DNA of 64,000 nucleotides from Octopus vulgaris (GCA_951406725.2 OX597837.1:13640001-13704000); one strand, 5' to 3'; shown: positions 12,210 through 26,446, counted from the stretch's first letter. Translations and numbers: made by a program. The notes: generated from the letters alone by a model not told the origin.

Positions 12210-14270
12210 TGACGTATCTCTTATTGTCAACAACCGTGTTTGGCTGATGATCCATACTACTTCTCAGTCATCTTAATATTTTAATGCCCACGGGTACACC
12301 GCTGCCTTGAACCACTTCTGGATGTATATAGTCTCTGCTAGTTTTAGGCATCCAAAGACAATGTGGCAGTTAATTTATCCATCTTTTCCACAGATCCTGC
12401 ATTGTAGATTCATTCCGTCCTTCATGATGCGATGTTGATAGGATCTGGTTGCAAGACTAATATTGTGCAGTGATTATGAAGACCCGTCTCTATCGTCAGT
12501 CTTAAACTTCTAATGTGTCTTCATTTAGCCAATGTATAAATCAATTTAGACTACTTCACCTGCACTATCTTATCCCCACTCCCAACATTTTCTACAGGTG
12601 ATGCTGACATTGGCATCTTGATGCTTGCTTTACTCTTTTTGAGTAAATGGTATTCGCCCCGTTTCCTAAAGGTGGAGTTTCAGGGTTATCAAACACTTTT
12701 TCTTTTTAAAGTGTGTTGCTTTTTTCTTGAGGAAGTATATCTGATGTTTTTAATTCGAAGACGCACACTTTCTGCTTTTAACAGCCCATTTGTGATATTC
12801 TCGACGGTCAGTTGGTGCTGGACTGGGCTTTGATTTTCTAGAACTCTCGACCTGTACAGCTAATCGATATCAGCTTTTGTGGATATTGGTGGTGGTGGAT
12901 GTTCTTTATGGTCAACATCTTCCATTGTTGTAGTGCTAAGTCTCTTGATGTCGTTCATTTTCCACTCAATGTTGTATTTGTAAATTACTACAAGCATTAG
13001 CGTGGCAAGGGCGGTACTTTTACAGAGGCAGCACTTTGGGGTCTGCTGTAGGCAATATGTGTTTTTTTTATGGGTTCCGAGGGAGGCAAATGGAAGAGCT
13101 GCCCCGAGCGACACACACTCTAGCTACGTTAGTGACTACAAGTATTGCTTGGGTGTTAATACTTTTAAATCTGTTTGTCGTACACATTCCACTTTTTGGT
13201 GCCATACTGCCCACCTCTTTTAATCATCTCCATAATTGGGTGTCGTGTACTGTATCTGTTCATTATGAAGTACTTGTACACGCCGTCCTGATCTAGCTCC
13301 TTGGTAAAATAATGAATATCATGTAAAGTGAATTTGAAGTTTGGGTCGGTGCTTCCTCTGTTGAAAGTGGTTTTAGCACACTTGTAGTGAACTCCATTCT
13401 GATGTTGCCACTGAAGATCACGACGATGAGTAAATGCTTATGTCGGTTGCCATTCCTGGCAAACGACTTCAAGTCATTACAGAGGTCCAGTCTGCCATTC
13501 TGTGAGCCGTACCCACAGCTGCTGTTGGTCAGTATATTGCTGAATGGTTCAAGTGCAAGGAAAGAGAACGATGGTGATAGTGAGTCCTCTTGAAAGATCC
13601 CGTTTCATACGGTGATTAATCCCGAAATTAAAGACCCATCTGCTTGGAGATTCAGAGTGGTCTTCCAGCACTTCATACTGCGATCGATTTCATAGTTGCT
13701 TGATAGACTCTGTTAATCTTGAGGCTTCCTCTATTCAAGAGCGGGACACACTGTCTCCTTCTTGTCATTCTATACTGTTAGCAAGTTGCTTTTCTTTGAT
13801 TTAACTTCTTATAATACGACGATATTGATCAGCAGCTTGTCTTTGCATCCGTAACTTCCTTTCTTACACTTCTTCTGTTCTGCTGGCGATAGGTTTTTGT
13901 AGAGGCAGCTTTAGATTCTCACGCTAACAATGGAGGCAATGGTCGTAGACATTGTTGGCAGGCAGGTGGTAGGTGTATAATTCGTTTGGTCCTACCTCAC
14001 CTTTGTCCTTGAAAGAAAGTACATGGTTTCAAATGTAATCCCCTCGGAGCATTTCTCTAAATTTTAAATGATGTCATTTTAGGCTCAGACGAGGTTCTCG
14101 TGCTTGCTGGGAAGGTCCTTGATTCAGACATTGGCAATTCCACCCCTCTCCAGAGTCTTCCAGAAGCGTGTCTTGCTTATAGCAGCATAGGTCTCGAATA
14201 TGTTGATGTATGACCATTTTTCGCTCAGTCCGTATTTGTGCTGGTCCTGTGTCCCATTCTTGAACAAAAT
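12210..14270 (-). mobile_element. Fossil R4/Dong-like non-LTR retrotransposon (RT plus C-terminal region), frameshifted
   Basis: Minus-strand remnants: EQKKCKKGSYGCKDKLLIN near 13830-13880, GIFQEDSLSP near 13570-13600, NDLKSF (YMDDLK-like) near 13465, HIVFGC near 12345-12367. Confidence 0.7.
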
Positions 14271-15073
14271 GCCTCGCAGGATTCGGGTACGGCTCCTTAC
14301 GTTCTCAGTTCAAATCCCGTCCAGCTCAGCGTTACCTCTCATCATTTCGCAGCCGATAAAATAAAGTACCAGTCAAGTAGAGGAGACGATGTTATCGTCT
14401 AACTTGCTCCCCTAAAATTTATGGCCTTGTGTCAACATTTGAAAGAATTATTAAATGTGGCGAGCTGATAGAATCCTTATCGCACCGGATAAAAATGCAT
14501 AGCAGCATTTGTTCCGGCTCCTTACGTTCTCAGCTCAAATCCTGTCGATATTAGCTCTGCCTTTCATCCTTTCGGGGTCGATAAAATGAAGCCCCAGTCA
14601 AGCACTGGAGTCGATGTAATGGACTATCACTCGCCCCTAAAATTGCTAGCCCTCTGCCCAAATTTGAAAGCGTTATTTTATAACGATCTAAGAGCCATAT
14701 ATATATATATATATATATATATTGTTAATTCATATTGCTTCAAGTAGATCACCAATCATTAATAATAACAAAATGCATTTCAGGATATTATTTTCTCTAC
14801 TTTCAACTCGAAAAGTAACTTGAATTGTGATTTAGAAAATAGAAATATTTCAATTGAACTAACATCATTCGCAACCTGAAATGCAAGGGAGACGACTTCA
14901 ACTTTAATTTTTAAAAATATTTTTTACCAGCCATCAACCTTGACATTTGCTCGCTTACAATAGTAACTAGCGTACAAAAAGAAACAGTTATTTGAGAGAA
15001 AGAATGCTTTGTATGGTACCAAAAATATGTTTCATTGTTAAAGTAATATAAAGGGTATATCTCATTATTTATC

Positions 15074-15467
15074 CCTATATATATAAAGCTGAAGTTGTCT
15101 GTGTATGGCAGGTTTGGTAGCCTTCAACTAACACTATCTCCTCCGAGACCCTGCGGCGCAAGTTGACCAAAATTGAGAGTAGGATAGAAGAAGGCTTGCT
15201 CTTCCTTCTATAGAAGAAAAAATTCAAACCGGACCATGTTAGCACCAAAAATTATTTACATCAAAAAGGTGCTTTTTTTCTATGAAAATCCTTATTTTTT
15301 TTTACGATTCTTTGACTGCTGTGTCGCCATTTTTCGGTGTATTTCAACCAGAAAAATGTTCACTTAAAGAGAATAACAAGCTACATAATGCAAATTTTTT
15401 ACTTTTCAAAAATTCCAATTCTAAAGGGTCGAAACAAACCCGAGCAATGCCGGGGCGATACTGATAG
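15074..15467 (+). mobile_element. Non-autonomous Helitron-like element; second copy at about 34225-34613
   Basis: Two ~390-bp near-identical copies starting (tc)tatatat.. and ending gcaatgcygggcgatactg(c/a)tagt. No TIR or TSD seen. Confidence 0.65.
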
Positions 15468-16161
15468 TGCATTGATATTTTTTTCAACTGTCACTATCTG
15501 AAGTTGTCTCCCTTGCTTGTTACTTACCCTTTGATAATTTCTTTTCTTAATTACCAAAAACCCAACGAAGATATTCAGAAACTGTGAGGCCTTCCTAGTG
15601 TTGTATGATTTTCGGTGCGTCAAGTTCAGATTGCTCGATTTTTCATAATGGGTCCTGCGTATCGTGTTCTCTTCTCTGAGGAACCAGTTGGGATGACGGC
15701 TCGTGTCGGTCGGGACACATGTCACATGGTCACGCAGATGAAGTATTTCGCTGAGATGGGGGTGGCCAGACTGGAGCGCGGCTCGGACGGATGCCCGGCA
15801 CGACAAATGGTGGATGCAAGGACGCGCTGCAACGGTGCATGTCCCCATATCTTACCTGACCATAATTAGCTCAGTGCAGCTGGACACTGCATACAGTAAA
15901 TTCATTGGCGATGTTACGGTATTGAGTTCAAATTCCGCCGAGGTCGACTTTGCCTTTCATCCTTTTTGGGTCGGTTAAATAAGTACCAGTTACGCACTGG
16001 GGTCGATGTAATCGACTTAATCCGTTTATCTGTCCTTGTTTGTCTTCTCTGTGTTTAACTCCTTGTGGGTAGTAAAGAAATAGGTATAAGTACCGGATAC
16101 ATTTCAAAAAAGTGTTTGTATGTATGTAAGTATGTATGTGAGTGTATTTGGTAATCAGAAG

Positions 16162-16211
<50 letters not shown>

Positions 16212-17987
16212 ACCTCCCCTACAGCAAGACATCTCTGTCTCTGTCACCCTCTAACCTTCGATCATTTGACACAAGACCACCTCCTCCAACTACCCGTCCC
16301 CTCCCAAAGGAATCTTGTCTTGCAAGTTACATGGTGGCCCCTGCCAGTGCAGGTGCCACTTAAAAAGCATCCAGTCCACCCTGTAAAGTGGTTGGCGTTT
16401 GGAAGGGCACCCAGCTGTAAAAACCTTGCCAAAACTGACCACACCTGTGCTGGTGCCATCTGAAAAACTCTCAGTCCACACTGCTGGGTGGTTGGTGTTA
16501 GGAAGGGCATCCAATCATGAAAACCTTGCCGAAACAGACAGTGAAGCGTGGTGCAGTCTTCTGCTTGGCTAGCTCATGTCAAATCATCCAACCATGATGA
16601 CGATGACAATGATGATGATGATGATGATGTGTGTGTGTCTTGATTTAACTTCTTATAATACGACTGTATTGATCAGCAGCTTGTCTTTGCATCTGTAACT
16701 TCCTTTCTTACACTTCTGTTCTGCTGGCGATATATTTTTATATATCTTTATATATAAATATATACTAGACTAGCTTCCGTGCCGGTGACACATAAAAAGC
16801 ACCATCCGAACGTGGCCAATGCCAGTGCCGCCTTGACTGGCTTCCGTGCTGGTGGCACGTAAAAAGCACCAATCCGATTGTGGCTGTTGCCAGCCTCGCC
16901 TGGCACCTGTGCTGGTGGCACGTAAAAAGCACCCACTACACTCACGGAGTGGTTGGCGTTAGGAAGAGCATGCAGCCGTAGAAACACTGCCAGATCAGAC
17001 TGGAGCCTGGTGCAGCCTCCTGGCTTCCCAGATCCCCGGTCGAACCGTCCAACCCATGCTAGCATGGAAAACGGACGTTAAACGATGATGATGATGATGA
17101 TATATTTACTGTATATATATATATATATGATGATGATGATTGTTAAGGAGCATCACCATTATACAAGCAACGTTAATAATTTCCGGTCTTCCGTGGAGAA
17201 ATATAACCTAGTTTGGAAACAGTTGAGAGGGGATAGCAACAGGAAGGGCATCTCCAATGTTTTCCTGCCCTACCACCAAGCTTGTATGTCCTCACTTTTG
17301 GCTCTCGTAACTTTAATTCCTTCCTCATTTACTTTCGTTCAGTCCAAGTAACATATTTCCTCCACCCTTTCTCTCTGCTCAGATTTACACTCCTCATACC
17401 AAACCAATTTACCAAACTCTTCTTCTATATTGTAATCAGACTGTTCAAAATAATAATAATAATAATCATCATCATCATCGTTTAACGTCTGCTTTCCATG
17501 CTAGCATGGGTTGGACAATTTGACTGAGGGCTGGCGACCCAGATGGCTGCACCAGGCTCCAATCTTGATCTGGCAGTGTTTCTACAGCTGGATAAAGATT
17601 AGAGCCTGGTGCAGCCATCTGGTTCGCCAGCCCTCAGTCAAATCATCCAATTCATGCTAACATGGAAAGTGAACGTTAAACGAATGAAATTCTTGTTATA
17701 GTGCAAAAGTTAGGAAAGTGAACAGTGTGTGAGTCATGATATACATGTGCGCATTGTGTATGGATGGGGCAGATATCAGGTGTAGTGTTGGCGAATTTCA
17801 GGAAGCATGGGGATTTTAAAGGATGCAATGTCTCGGCAGCTGACAATTGATGGAGGTAGTTTGTTCCATGCTTCTTATTTGTAACACTTCCACGTTGGAA
17901 CAAATAAATTGGTTGATATAATTCCATCTTTGTAAATCTAGAGGCAAAGCAAAAGTCAAGCACTCAGACACTTTTTAAAAAATGTAC

Positions 17988-17993
17988 TTTATT
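17988..17993 (-). terminator. Candidate polyadenylation signal (AATAAA) of gene 1, implying a ~1.7 kb 3' UTR
   Basis: tttatt on + strand at the end of a largely transposon-free stretch (about 17970-19667) after the stop codon. Not confirmed. Confidence 0.35.
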
Positions 17994-19667
17994 TATATTT
18001 GAATAAATGAAGCAACAACCCCTTTTCAGATAAATAAACTAAACTGGTGTGCTTTTGATTCTTGCACACAGAATAGTAGATGTCATGTTCATATAGGAAT
18101 GTTCTAGACAGACCATAGTTCTTACACTACAGTAACCAACAAGTTCAACACATCTTTGTCCCAAATGTATTTCAACAAGGAGAGGCACAGTGGTTGAGAC
18201 AGTTAATAAACAAAATGTTTTAGATGTATATATATAAAAAGGGGAAGCAGGAAGATATTTACAGTTGCTACTGAGTAGCACCACACACACGCGCACACAC
18301 ACACACGGACACACACACACATGCTGTATTTAAATGCATCCAGCTTTTATCTAGTGTCTGGAGGCTAGATTTTGCTGTTTTTTGTGGGGTGGATGGGATG
18401 GAATTGCAAACTAGATTGACTAAAAACCTTGAAGTTACACTTGCCTATTTTTCATTTTTTTCTAGATTGTCTCAAATTAAATTAAATGCAAATGTGACCA
18501 AATTCCGTCAAGCAATAATTAAGCAGAATAAAAGATCTGATTTACTACAAAACTAATTGTAAAGTCACTGCTGAAGAATCTAACCAAAAGTTGTTACATT
18601 TAAGGAAAATTTGCTAAGGTGCAATCCCCTTCATTTGTCAATGAAACAGGACCCTGCCTTTAAAAGTTCTGCTTGATCCCGACTAAATTGATGTCAACTA
18701 TTTACGAAAAATTATCAAAAATATAAATAAGGTTAACAGTGACATCTAAAGAATTATATATCGAGCAAAATTTGACATCTTGAAGGTGTTTCTTAGATCA
18801 GAAGAAACGGTCCTGTTTTAAATGAAACATTTAAAATGCACAGATGTATTTATGATTTTTGTGTTAACTTTTACGCATCTTGTCCTTAAAATAGATTTCC
18901 CCACAAGTAACCCAAACTGAATAGTTATAAGCTTGTAGCCAAGTACTTCAAATAGTCCTTGAAAACAGGAAAAAAGTTTTATAATCTCTGGCAACAAGAG
19001 CATTCAATTATACCAGTGGTCTACCAATGATCTACCAATGACCTATACATTGGCCTTTCCCAAGATACTTCAGCAACAGAAACTAACAAGTTTCTAACAA
19101 GATACTGAACCATTTATGTCAACAGTGTTCACTACAGTTTTAACAGAATATAGACATGGGGAACAGGTATTAATAGGGTCTTTGCTTGGTGCCTCCTTTC
19201 CTTTGCATTGCATGTAATTTGAAACCAATTCCACCGATTCCTCCATCTTCACAGTTGTGATTTTAAACAGAAAAGATAAAAAAAAAGAAAAATTGGCAAA
19301 GAAAATTAAATAAATAAATAAAAGCTAAAGTTTCACAGCCATATTGTTTAAGGTGGGTTCCGTTTCTGGGTGGTGGTCATACGATATAGTGTCTACGTGT
19401 AGCTTGGTCTTGTTATCTTCATCCAAAAATCCACTTGTAAAGTAATGTTTTATAATCCACTGGTCAGCTAGCAGCGTATGGTAGAGCAGCTTGTACAGGT
19501 GACTGATGTGAATAGCTGTTCTTCCCTCCACAGGTAAAGGTGGGCAGTAGATTCCCAGCTGATGAACAAGATGCTAGCTTCTCTTCTCAGATCATCATCA
19601 TCATTATCAGCAGAGAAGAGAGATAAAGACAGAGAATTAGAAATGTAATCATAGAACTGTCCCCTTC

Positions 19668-19847
19668 TCAGTTGTCTTTTAGTATAATGTTGTAATGTCT
19701 ATCGTCTTCGGTAATGAGAAAGACCTCGTTCCAATTTTGGTTCGGTAAATCAGGAAATCCATGTATAAAGTCATCTCTACCATATCGATATAGACGAGGC
19801 ACCGTTATTTTGACACCGAGCGCATGTCCTAAGAGGCACATATCAAT
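19668..19847 (-). CDS. OTULIN: OTULIN-like gene 1 last coding exon IDMCLLGHALG...ITEDDRHYNIILKDN*
   Basis: EDDRHYN carries the catalytic His and Asn. ttccag acceptor, TGA stop at 19668-19670. Confidence 0.95.
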   Translation of the reverse strand: MDMCLLGHALGVKITVPRLYRYGRDDFIHGFPDLPNQNWNEVFLITEDDRHYNIILKDN

Positions 19848-20164
19848 CTGGAAAGGGAAAAAAAAAACATAACAATTAATAATCAACTTTCATCTTAAGG
19901 TCATCAAAAAATTCTTCATTCAAACATTTTAAATAATAAACAAGAATTAAAGCAGTTTACCAGATGGAATAAATTTTCTGTGATGAAGAGGTGACTGACG
20001 TTTCAGGCAAGAAAAGCCCCGTTTCAAAAGTTACACCTCTCCTCTTCCTCACACTACGGTGACCAATTCTACTTTGTGAGTTGCTTATATTTACAATTGG
20101 CTTAATGTAGGTTAGTCCACATTACTCCTGAAGGAGCTTAGGGCCAGTTTCAAATAATAATAAT

Positions 20165-20425
20165 AATAATGAAATTATTGTATACAGTGCTCAGGTGCAC
20201 CACAACTTGTCAGAAGTGCATATAAAGCATATGCAGTAATGTACAAATGTCTGGGAAGTGAACAGTGTATGAGTCAGAATCATGCTTGTGTGTGTATGGA
20301 GGGGAGAAAATCAGGTGTAGTGTTGGCGAATCTCAGGAAGCATGGAAGTTTTGAAGGATGCAGTGCTCCGACAACTAACAACTGATGCCGGCAGTTTGTT
20401 CCATGCTTCAGCAACTCTTAGCATG
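20165..20425 (-). mobile_element. LINE-like (CR1/L2-type) 3' end fragment with (ATT)n tail
   Basis: Related copies at about 17685-17960 and 37070-37125. Family assignment tentative. Confidence 0.45.
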
Positions 20426-20470
20426 AAAAAATGCTAAAAAAATCAAATCCTCATTTCTAAAGGAGCTTAC

Positions 20471-20737
20471 CTGTTCTAAGCCGCCAGAATCTCCGACTGC
20501 ATTCAGGATGTTCTTCAACAGTTTTGCAGGAGTGTCAGATGTATCCCGAGAAAAAATATAATGGACGAACAACGGATAATCTTCGGCTTGTTGGTTTTTA
20601 TAAATGTCAATTATATCAAGCAACATAAGCAATTTGGCAGCTTCCATTATTTTAATATCAACAATTGGTTCTCTGTTTAAGAGGTCCTCCACCCAGTCTT
20701 CTCTCTCTGTCTTGTCCATCTCTAAAGCTAAGTTATG
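20471..20737 (-). CDS. OTULIN: OTULIN-like gene 1 exon HNLALEM...EAAKLLML...FSRDTSDTPAKLLKNILNAVGDSGGLEQ
   Basis: Within ORF 20408..20866. tttcag acceptor, CAG|gtaagc donor, 267 nt. Matches OTULIN EAVKFLML..FARDTS..GGLEQ. Confidence 0.95.
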
Positions 20738-21275
20738 CTGAAATAAAAGAAAGAAAGAAATATTTGATTTATCCGCCGAGAAACAATAAGAAATAACTCT
20801 ATCAAGGTGTAGCTGTGTGGTTAAGAAGCTTGCTTCCCAACCATCTGGTCTTAGGTTCAGGCCCACTGTGTGACACCTCAGGCAATTGTCTTTTACTATA
20901 GCATTGAGTTGATTAAAGTCTTGTGGATTTGGGAAATGGAAACTGAAAGTAGCCTGTTGTTTGTTTGTTTGTACTTATAAATATATAAATAATTAAATAT
21001 ACATATCTCAATACATCTGACTAATATGGGCATAATGAGATACTCTTATCTACAGGCTGAAACAGCTGTAAGATCCATTTTATATGTATTATTCTTATGG
21101 TATTATCTTACTTATTGATGTATATTGTTTTATTCTGTTGGATTTGGATGTTCCTATTTAATCTAAATAATTAGTTAATAAATTATATGAATTGGTATTA
21201 TCTGGTAGTTGATAATTGAAAGAAATCTATTCTTCCATTTTCTTATTTTGTATAAATAATTAAATATATATACCT

Positions 21276-21327
<52 letters not shown>

Positions 21328-23154
21328 CATGTGTGTATGTATTTGTGTGTACCCTTGTCTTGATATCACATAAAGGTTGTAGATGAGCATGACCATCATA
21401 CAAGTAATGTCCTGTGCAAAACATGTCTGGCCATAGGAAATATCCCCTTGATGAGGAACAAATAAGGGTTAGTGAAGGTTGAGGAGGATGAGGTGTCTGT
21501 ATTCTGACCTACAGACGCATGTAGCCTGAAAGCTCAAATATTGTTAAATGACAGAGATAAGTGCAAATGTAAAACTTCCTGATGTACAATCCCACTTACT
21601 GTACAATCCCACTTACTGTATTGTATTACAAGAAACTATTTCAACAACTTTTAAAAGTTGAAACTGATAGGAATACGATCCAAACACCGAAATAGTAGTA
21701 ATTCTTTTATGATATCTTCATAGCAACAAGTATACTTCATCAAGTCACAGTGTTTAATAATACTATATCTTGCTCTAGTGTAGTAAAAAAAAAACAATCT
21801 ATGTACATTTTCTAAGTATTGACTTTTTAGCACTCATTACTGAAGGTAGAACAGTCACAAGCAAAGGACTATAAAGATTTTTTTCTTCATATGTAAAAAG
21901 ACAATTTTGTGCCTCACAGTCATCTTAGCTGTCTAGACACAGTGTTGATATTTGAGGCCAGTGTGCAAGGAAGTTTACCTTCAGACTTCATTATCACATT
22001 CAGAAGCCAACACTGGTTTAACCCTTTGTGTGTCCTGTCAATCCCATGTGATACAGAAAACATATTAACCTGAGCGAGGTCATTGCCAGTACTGCCTGAC
22101 TGGCCCCTGTGCCGGTGGCACGTAAAAAGCACCCACTACATTCTTGCAGTGGCTGGCGTTAGGAAGGGCATCCAGCTGTAGAAACTCTGCCAGATCAAGA
22201 CTGGAGCCTGGTGCAGCCATCTGGTTCGCCAGCCCTCAGTCAAAATCGTCCAACCCATGCTAGCATGGAAAGCGGACGTTAAACGATGATGACGATGATG
22301 ATGATGATGATCCATGCATCATCTATGATATAAATTTCCAACTGTGTCTGTCTTGTCTACCACATGTGATATAATAGAGGTCACATTACCCTGATGTCTA
22401 TGCATCATATTTGATTTTTTTTTCAGCCATCAGAGTAACTTGGGAAGCTTTATTTTACTCAGAACATAAGGAAACAAGGGCGAACTAAAAATCTGTAAAC
22501 AAGCATGGATGTTTGGGACAAACTTATGAAAATTCATTGGACAGGGAAAAGGTTCAACAAACTTAACAAGCCATGGCGAGGAAACTCAGAGTAAGACATG
22601 AAGCAAGGGAAAACTGTGGACGGAGTTTATTTTACAAAGATTTAACCTTTTAGCATTCAGATTATTCTGTTAAATGTAGAGCTTATTTATTCATGTTATA
22701 TTGAATTAGTAATGCAGTATCTTGTAGCTCTGAGATTTAGATGACATGATTGTTTATTTCTAGAATGACATTGCAGGGTAGGTGTGAGAGGCCAGATCTG
22801 GCCAGGCTGAGCATAAAAGAGGGAGAATGTTTTGGCTGGATTTGGTTGGTTTAAATGCTAAAGGGCTAAAGATGTTTGCTGATGAAGAATGTGGTTCTCT
22901 TTCAGCAGAGAACATAAAATAACTGAATTCGGTTTCAGTTGGAAACTGACTGACCAAATGTGGACAATGATGTTAGGTGTCAAGATGGACATTTAATGGC
23001 CTTTAGAGGTCAACAAATGAAGTAGAGAGAGAGAGAGAGAGAGGAGGTTTGTAAGAGGGTCTGCATTAGTTTAGTAGACTTCGATGGAAAATGACAGAAA
23101 ACTGAAAAGCTTTTCTTTCTTAAGCACCAAAACTCATATTTTAGTTATGTATAG

Positions 23155-23567
23155 GTGCAGGAGTGGCTGTGGGGTAAGTAGCTTGTTTACCAACCACATG
23201 GTTCCGGGTTCAGTCCCACTGCGTGGCACCTTGGGCAAGTGTCTTCTACTATAGCCTCGGGCCGACCAAAGCCTTGTGAGTGGATTTGGTAGACGGAAAC
23301 TGAAAGAAGCCCGTCGTATATATGTATATATATATATATATATGCGTGTGTGTGTTTGTGTGTCTGTATTTGTCCCCCTAGCATTGCTTGACAACCGATG
23401 CTGGTGTGTTTATGTCCCCGTTACTTAGCGGTTCGGTAAAAGAGACCGATAAAATAAGTACTGGGCTTACAAAAGAATAAGTCCCGGGGTCGAGTTGCTC
23501 GATTAAAGGCGGTGCTCCAGCATGGCCGCAGTCAAATGACTGAAACAAGTAAAAGAGTAAAAGAGAG
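23155..23567 (+). mobile_element. Full-length Octopus tRNA-derived SINE with an internal (TA/TG)n microsatellite
   Basis: Head ggagtggctgtg.ggtaag..ggttcagtccc, tail gtaaaagagtaaaagag. Copies at 27923-28323(+), 29540-29930(-), 43048-43460(-), 56955-57358(-), 61075-61470(+), 5287-5705(+). Confidence 0.85.
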
Positions 23568-23590
23568 TATAGAGATAAAAATCAAAGTAC

Positions 23591-23713
23591 CTGTGAGTAA
23601 AATTCATCAATACAGGAGAAGAGCATTTCTTTCACATCAGTGAAATTTAAGCGTCTGGCAAATGACCACCTTTTTAGTTCCCATTCTGGTTCCTCCAAAT
23701 ATTGGTTTAGAAG
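23591..23713 (-). CDS. OTULIN: OTULIN-like gene 1 exon LLNQYLEEPEWELKRWSFARRLNFTDVKEMLFSCIDEFYSQ
   Basis: tttttctag acceptor, CAG|gtactt donor, 123 nt, phase 0-0, open frame between two confirmed OTU exons. Confidence 0.85.
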
Positions 23714-25005
23714 CTAGAAAAATAAAGACATTATTTAGATGAATGTCAGGGAAAATATCAAGGCTTCAAATCTTTGCATTATTTAAATCCAACTGAAAGG
23801 AAAATTAGCAACAATTATTTTAACAAAAGACATTTTATTGAAAGGACATTCAGAGGTAAAACGTTTACTCCAAGAATCTATGTGAATATTCTAATCTGTA
23901 GTCCTGGTAAACCCATAGCATCATGGGGAAATGGTAAGGTTATTTTTTTAAAATGTAGCAGAACTGTTTAAAAGATTCATTTGATTGTAATATGAGACAT
24001 CTTGTCAATTTGGCTGTTTTAACCTTAAATACTAGAAAATCGGTTCACCAGAGCTTTTTTTAGCATCAAGTCACATGACCCAGTCGTTGGCCAAATTAGT
24101 TGCAGCTATTGGTCAGTTTTAATTGTCCAATCATGCGTTTGCAACAGAAGTTGTTCTCAATGAAGGGAAAAAAATCATTTTTGCCTGTGGAGCCAACCCG
24201 TGGTTATAAAAACAGGAGTTTCTCCCATTCTTTGTCTTTGGATCAGCCACTGATGACCAGAAATCCAGCCAGTCTCACAGCTTTCTTCAACCAGTCATCA
24301 CCCGTCTTCCCCATTGCAGCAACAGACAGCAGACCACAGCCCCATCATCAGACCCAGCAGAACAGAAACAAACATCTGAATGTTTGTTCCAGGCTGTTGT
24401 ATCAACACCATTCCCTTTGGCAATCTTCTATTATTATAATGAGAGGAATAAATTGTTGCCTTTTCAGTTTATACAAATCATTTCCTTATTCTTTCCACAC
24501 CATGTCATTATAAATGGTGACCCATGAATCCTTCTCATTATAATAATATTAATTGAATAAAGAAATATATTTCCTAAACAGAGGTTGAGCTTTTCGAAGA
24601 ATTTTTAGTAAAATGGGAAACAAAACAAGTTTTTGTTATCCAGAATCATGCTTTAAGAAGGTCACATCTGGCAATACTAAGGCAGTGAGAATGGCATTCT
24701 ATAAAACTTTCCAAGAATGCAAGTAAGAGAGAAAAAAAACAACACATTAAAATGACTTTTGAAATGTTAAACTTTTTAGCTTTGTGTAAATGTAACAGGT
24801 TTACTAGTCTTGATGACATATAACTTGCAGTTTTTTTCCCCCCACCAAAAATGTCTTTAAAAAAAAAATTCACCCTGGGTCCTTTATGTGAAGTTGAGCT
24901 TATAGTACTTGCTTTGATGCACTAAAAACCATTTGTTTGTTCCCTGAATATGCACCGTTGAAATTTGGTGTGCAGCTGATATGTCCCTGCATCTTTCATG
25001 TCATC

Positions 25006-25043
<38 letters not shown>

Positions 25044-26293
25044 ACCGACCAGACCATCAGATGTTGCTACACATCGCTGGTCACAATGCGCTTTGCATTG
25101 TTTTAGCCTTCAATGATGCCACCCCGCTGGCTAAGCAAGCAGGCCAACAGAAGAAAGAGTGAGAGAAAGATGCGGCGAAAGAGTACAGCAGGGATCACCA
25201 CCCCCTGCCAGAGCCTCGTGGAGCTTTTAGGTGTTTTCGCTCAATAAACACTCGCAACGCCCGGTCTGGGAATTGAAACCGTGATCCTACAACTGCGAGT
25301 CCACTGCCCTAACCACTGGGCCATTGCGTGTAAATGTTTTTTGTGCTTAAAACTTGAGGGAAGCATTTGAGTGGTTGAAAGCTGCAACCCTTTATGGATT
25401 AACAGAATTAGACTTCATGAGGAAAGAGAAATGTCAAAACTTAACCACAAAAGAGAATTGGAATTATGGGGGAATACATTCAGTCTTAATAAGATAATGC
25501 AGGCCTCATACTTTAGTATTTAACAATTCTTTCTAATTTTGGCACAAGGCCAGTAATTTAGAGGAGGGGGTTAGTTGACTGCGTTGACCCCAGTACTTCA
25601 CTGGTACTTTACTAATCCAGTTCCATGTAAAAAAGCACTGGTGCTGGTGTTGCATAAAAAGCACCCACTGGACTCTGTAAAGTGGTTGGCGTTAGGAAGG
25701 GCATCCAGCTGTATAAACCATATCAGAACAGATGAATGGAACCTGGGGCAGCTCCTGTCAAACCATCCAACCCATGCCAGCGTTGAAAATGGATGTTAAT
25801 TAATGATGATGAAGAAATGAAAAGCAAAGTTCACCCTGGCAGAATTTGAACTCAGAATGTAAGGAGTCGAAGAAATACAACTAGGCATTTGTCCAATGTT
25901 GTAACAAGTCTGTTATCTTGCCTCCTTTACACAATTCCTCTAATTAATAACAAGAGTTATTTATATGTACAACATTCTAAAATACAACCATGACATCAAA
26001 CCAGCCTTCCCCTCTCTCTCTCTCTCTTTCTACACACACACACACAAATACCAGCAATATCACCAGGCTCATTAATCACAAAACCTGGGCTGTACGTCAC
26101 TAAAGATAAAACAGCAAATGTTAAGGTTAAATTAAACTTTGCCTATCTCTGCCGTGGCCATCACCCATCTGATTATTGTCTGTGAGGCTATTTACAGGCC
26201 ATTGGTTTGCTCAGGCCAGACTAAGTGGGGAAAGACAGAAGGAAAACTTCAGAAACCAAACTGCAGCTGAGATTATAGCAAATATTCTCTTAC

Positions 26294-26446
26294 ATTCTTT
26301 ACGATTTCTGCTGTGGCAAATTCCTGTTTCATTGCAATTCCGTTTATTAACACCTGAACAATACAGGAACGAATTCCGCAGTAGTTATCTCCACGCATAA
26401 CTCGTATGTAGTTGCATTCGAAAGTCTGTTGTACTTGATTATAAGC
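26294..26446 (-). CDS. OTULIN: OTULIN-like gene 1 exon with catalytic Cys: AYNQVQQTFECNYIRVMRGDNYCGIRSCIVQVLINGIAMKQEFATAEIVKN
   Basis: Translated by hand, not in the ORF track. tatttcag acceptor, gtaaga donor, 153 nt. RGDNYC is the OTULIN catalytic cysteine motif. Confidence 0.95.
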
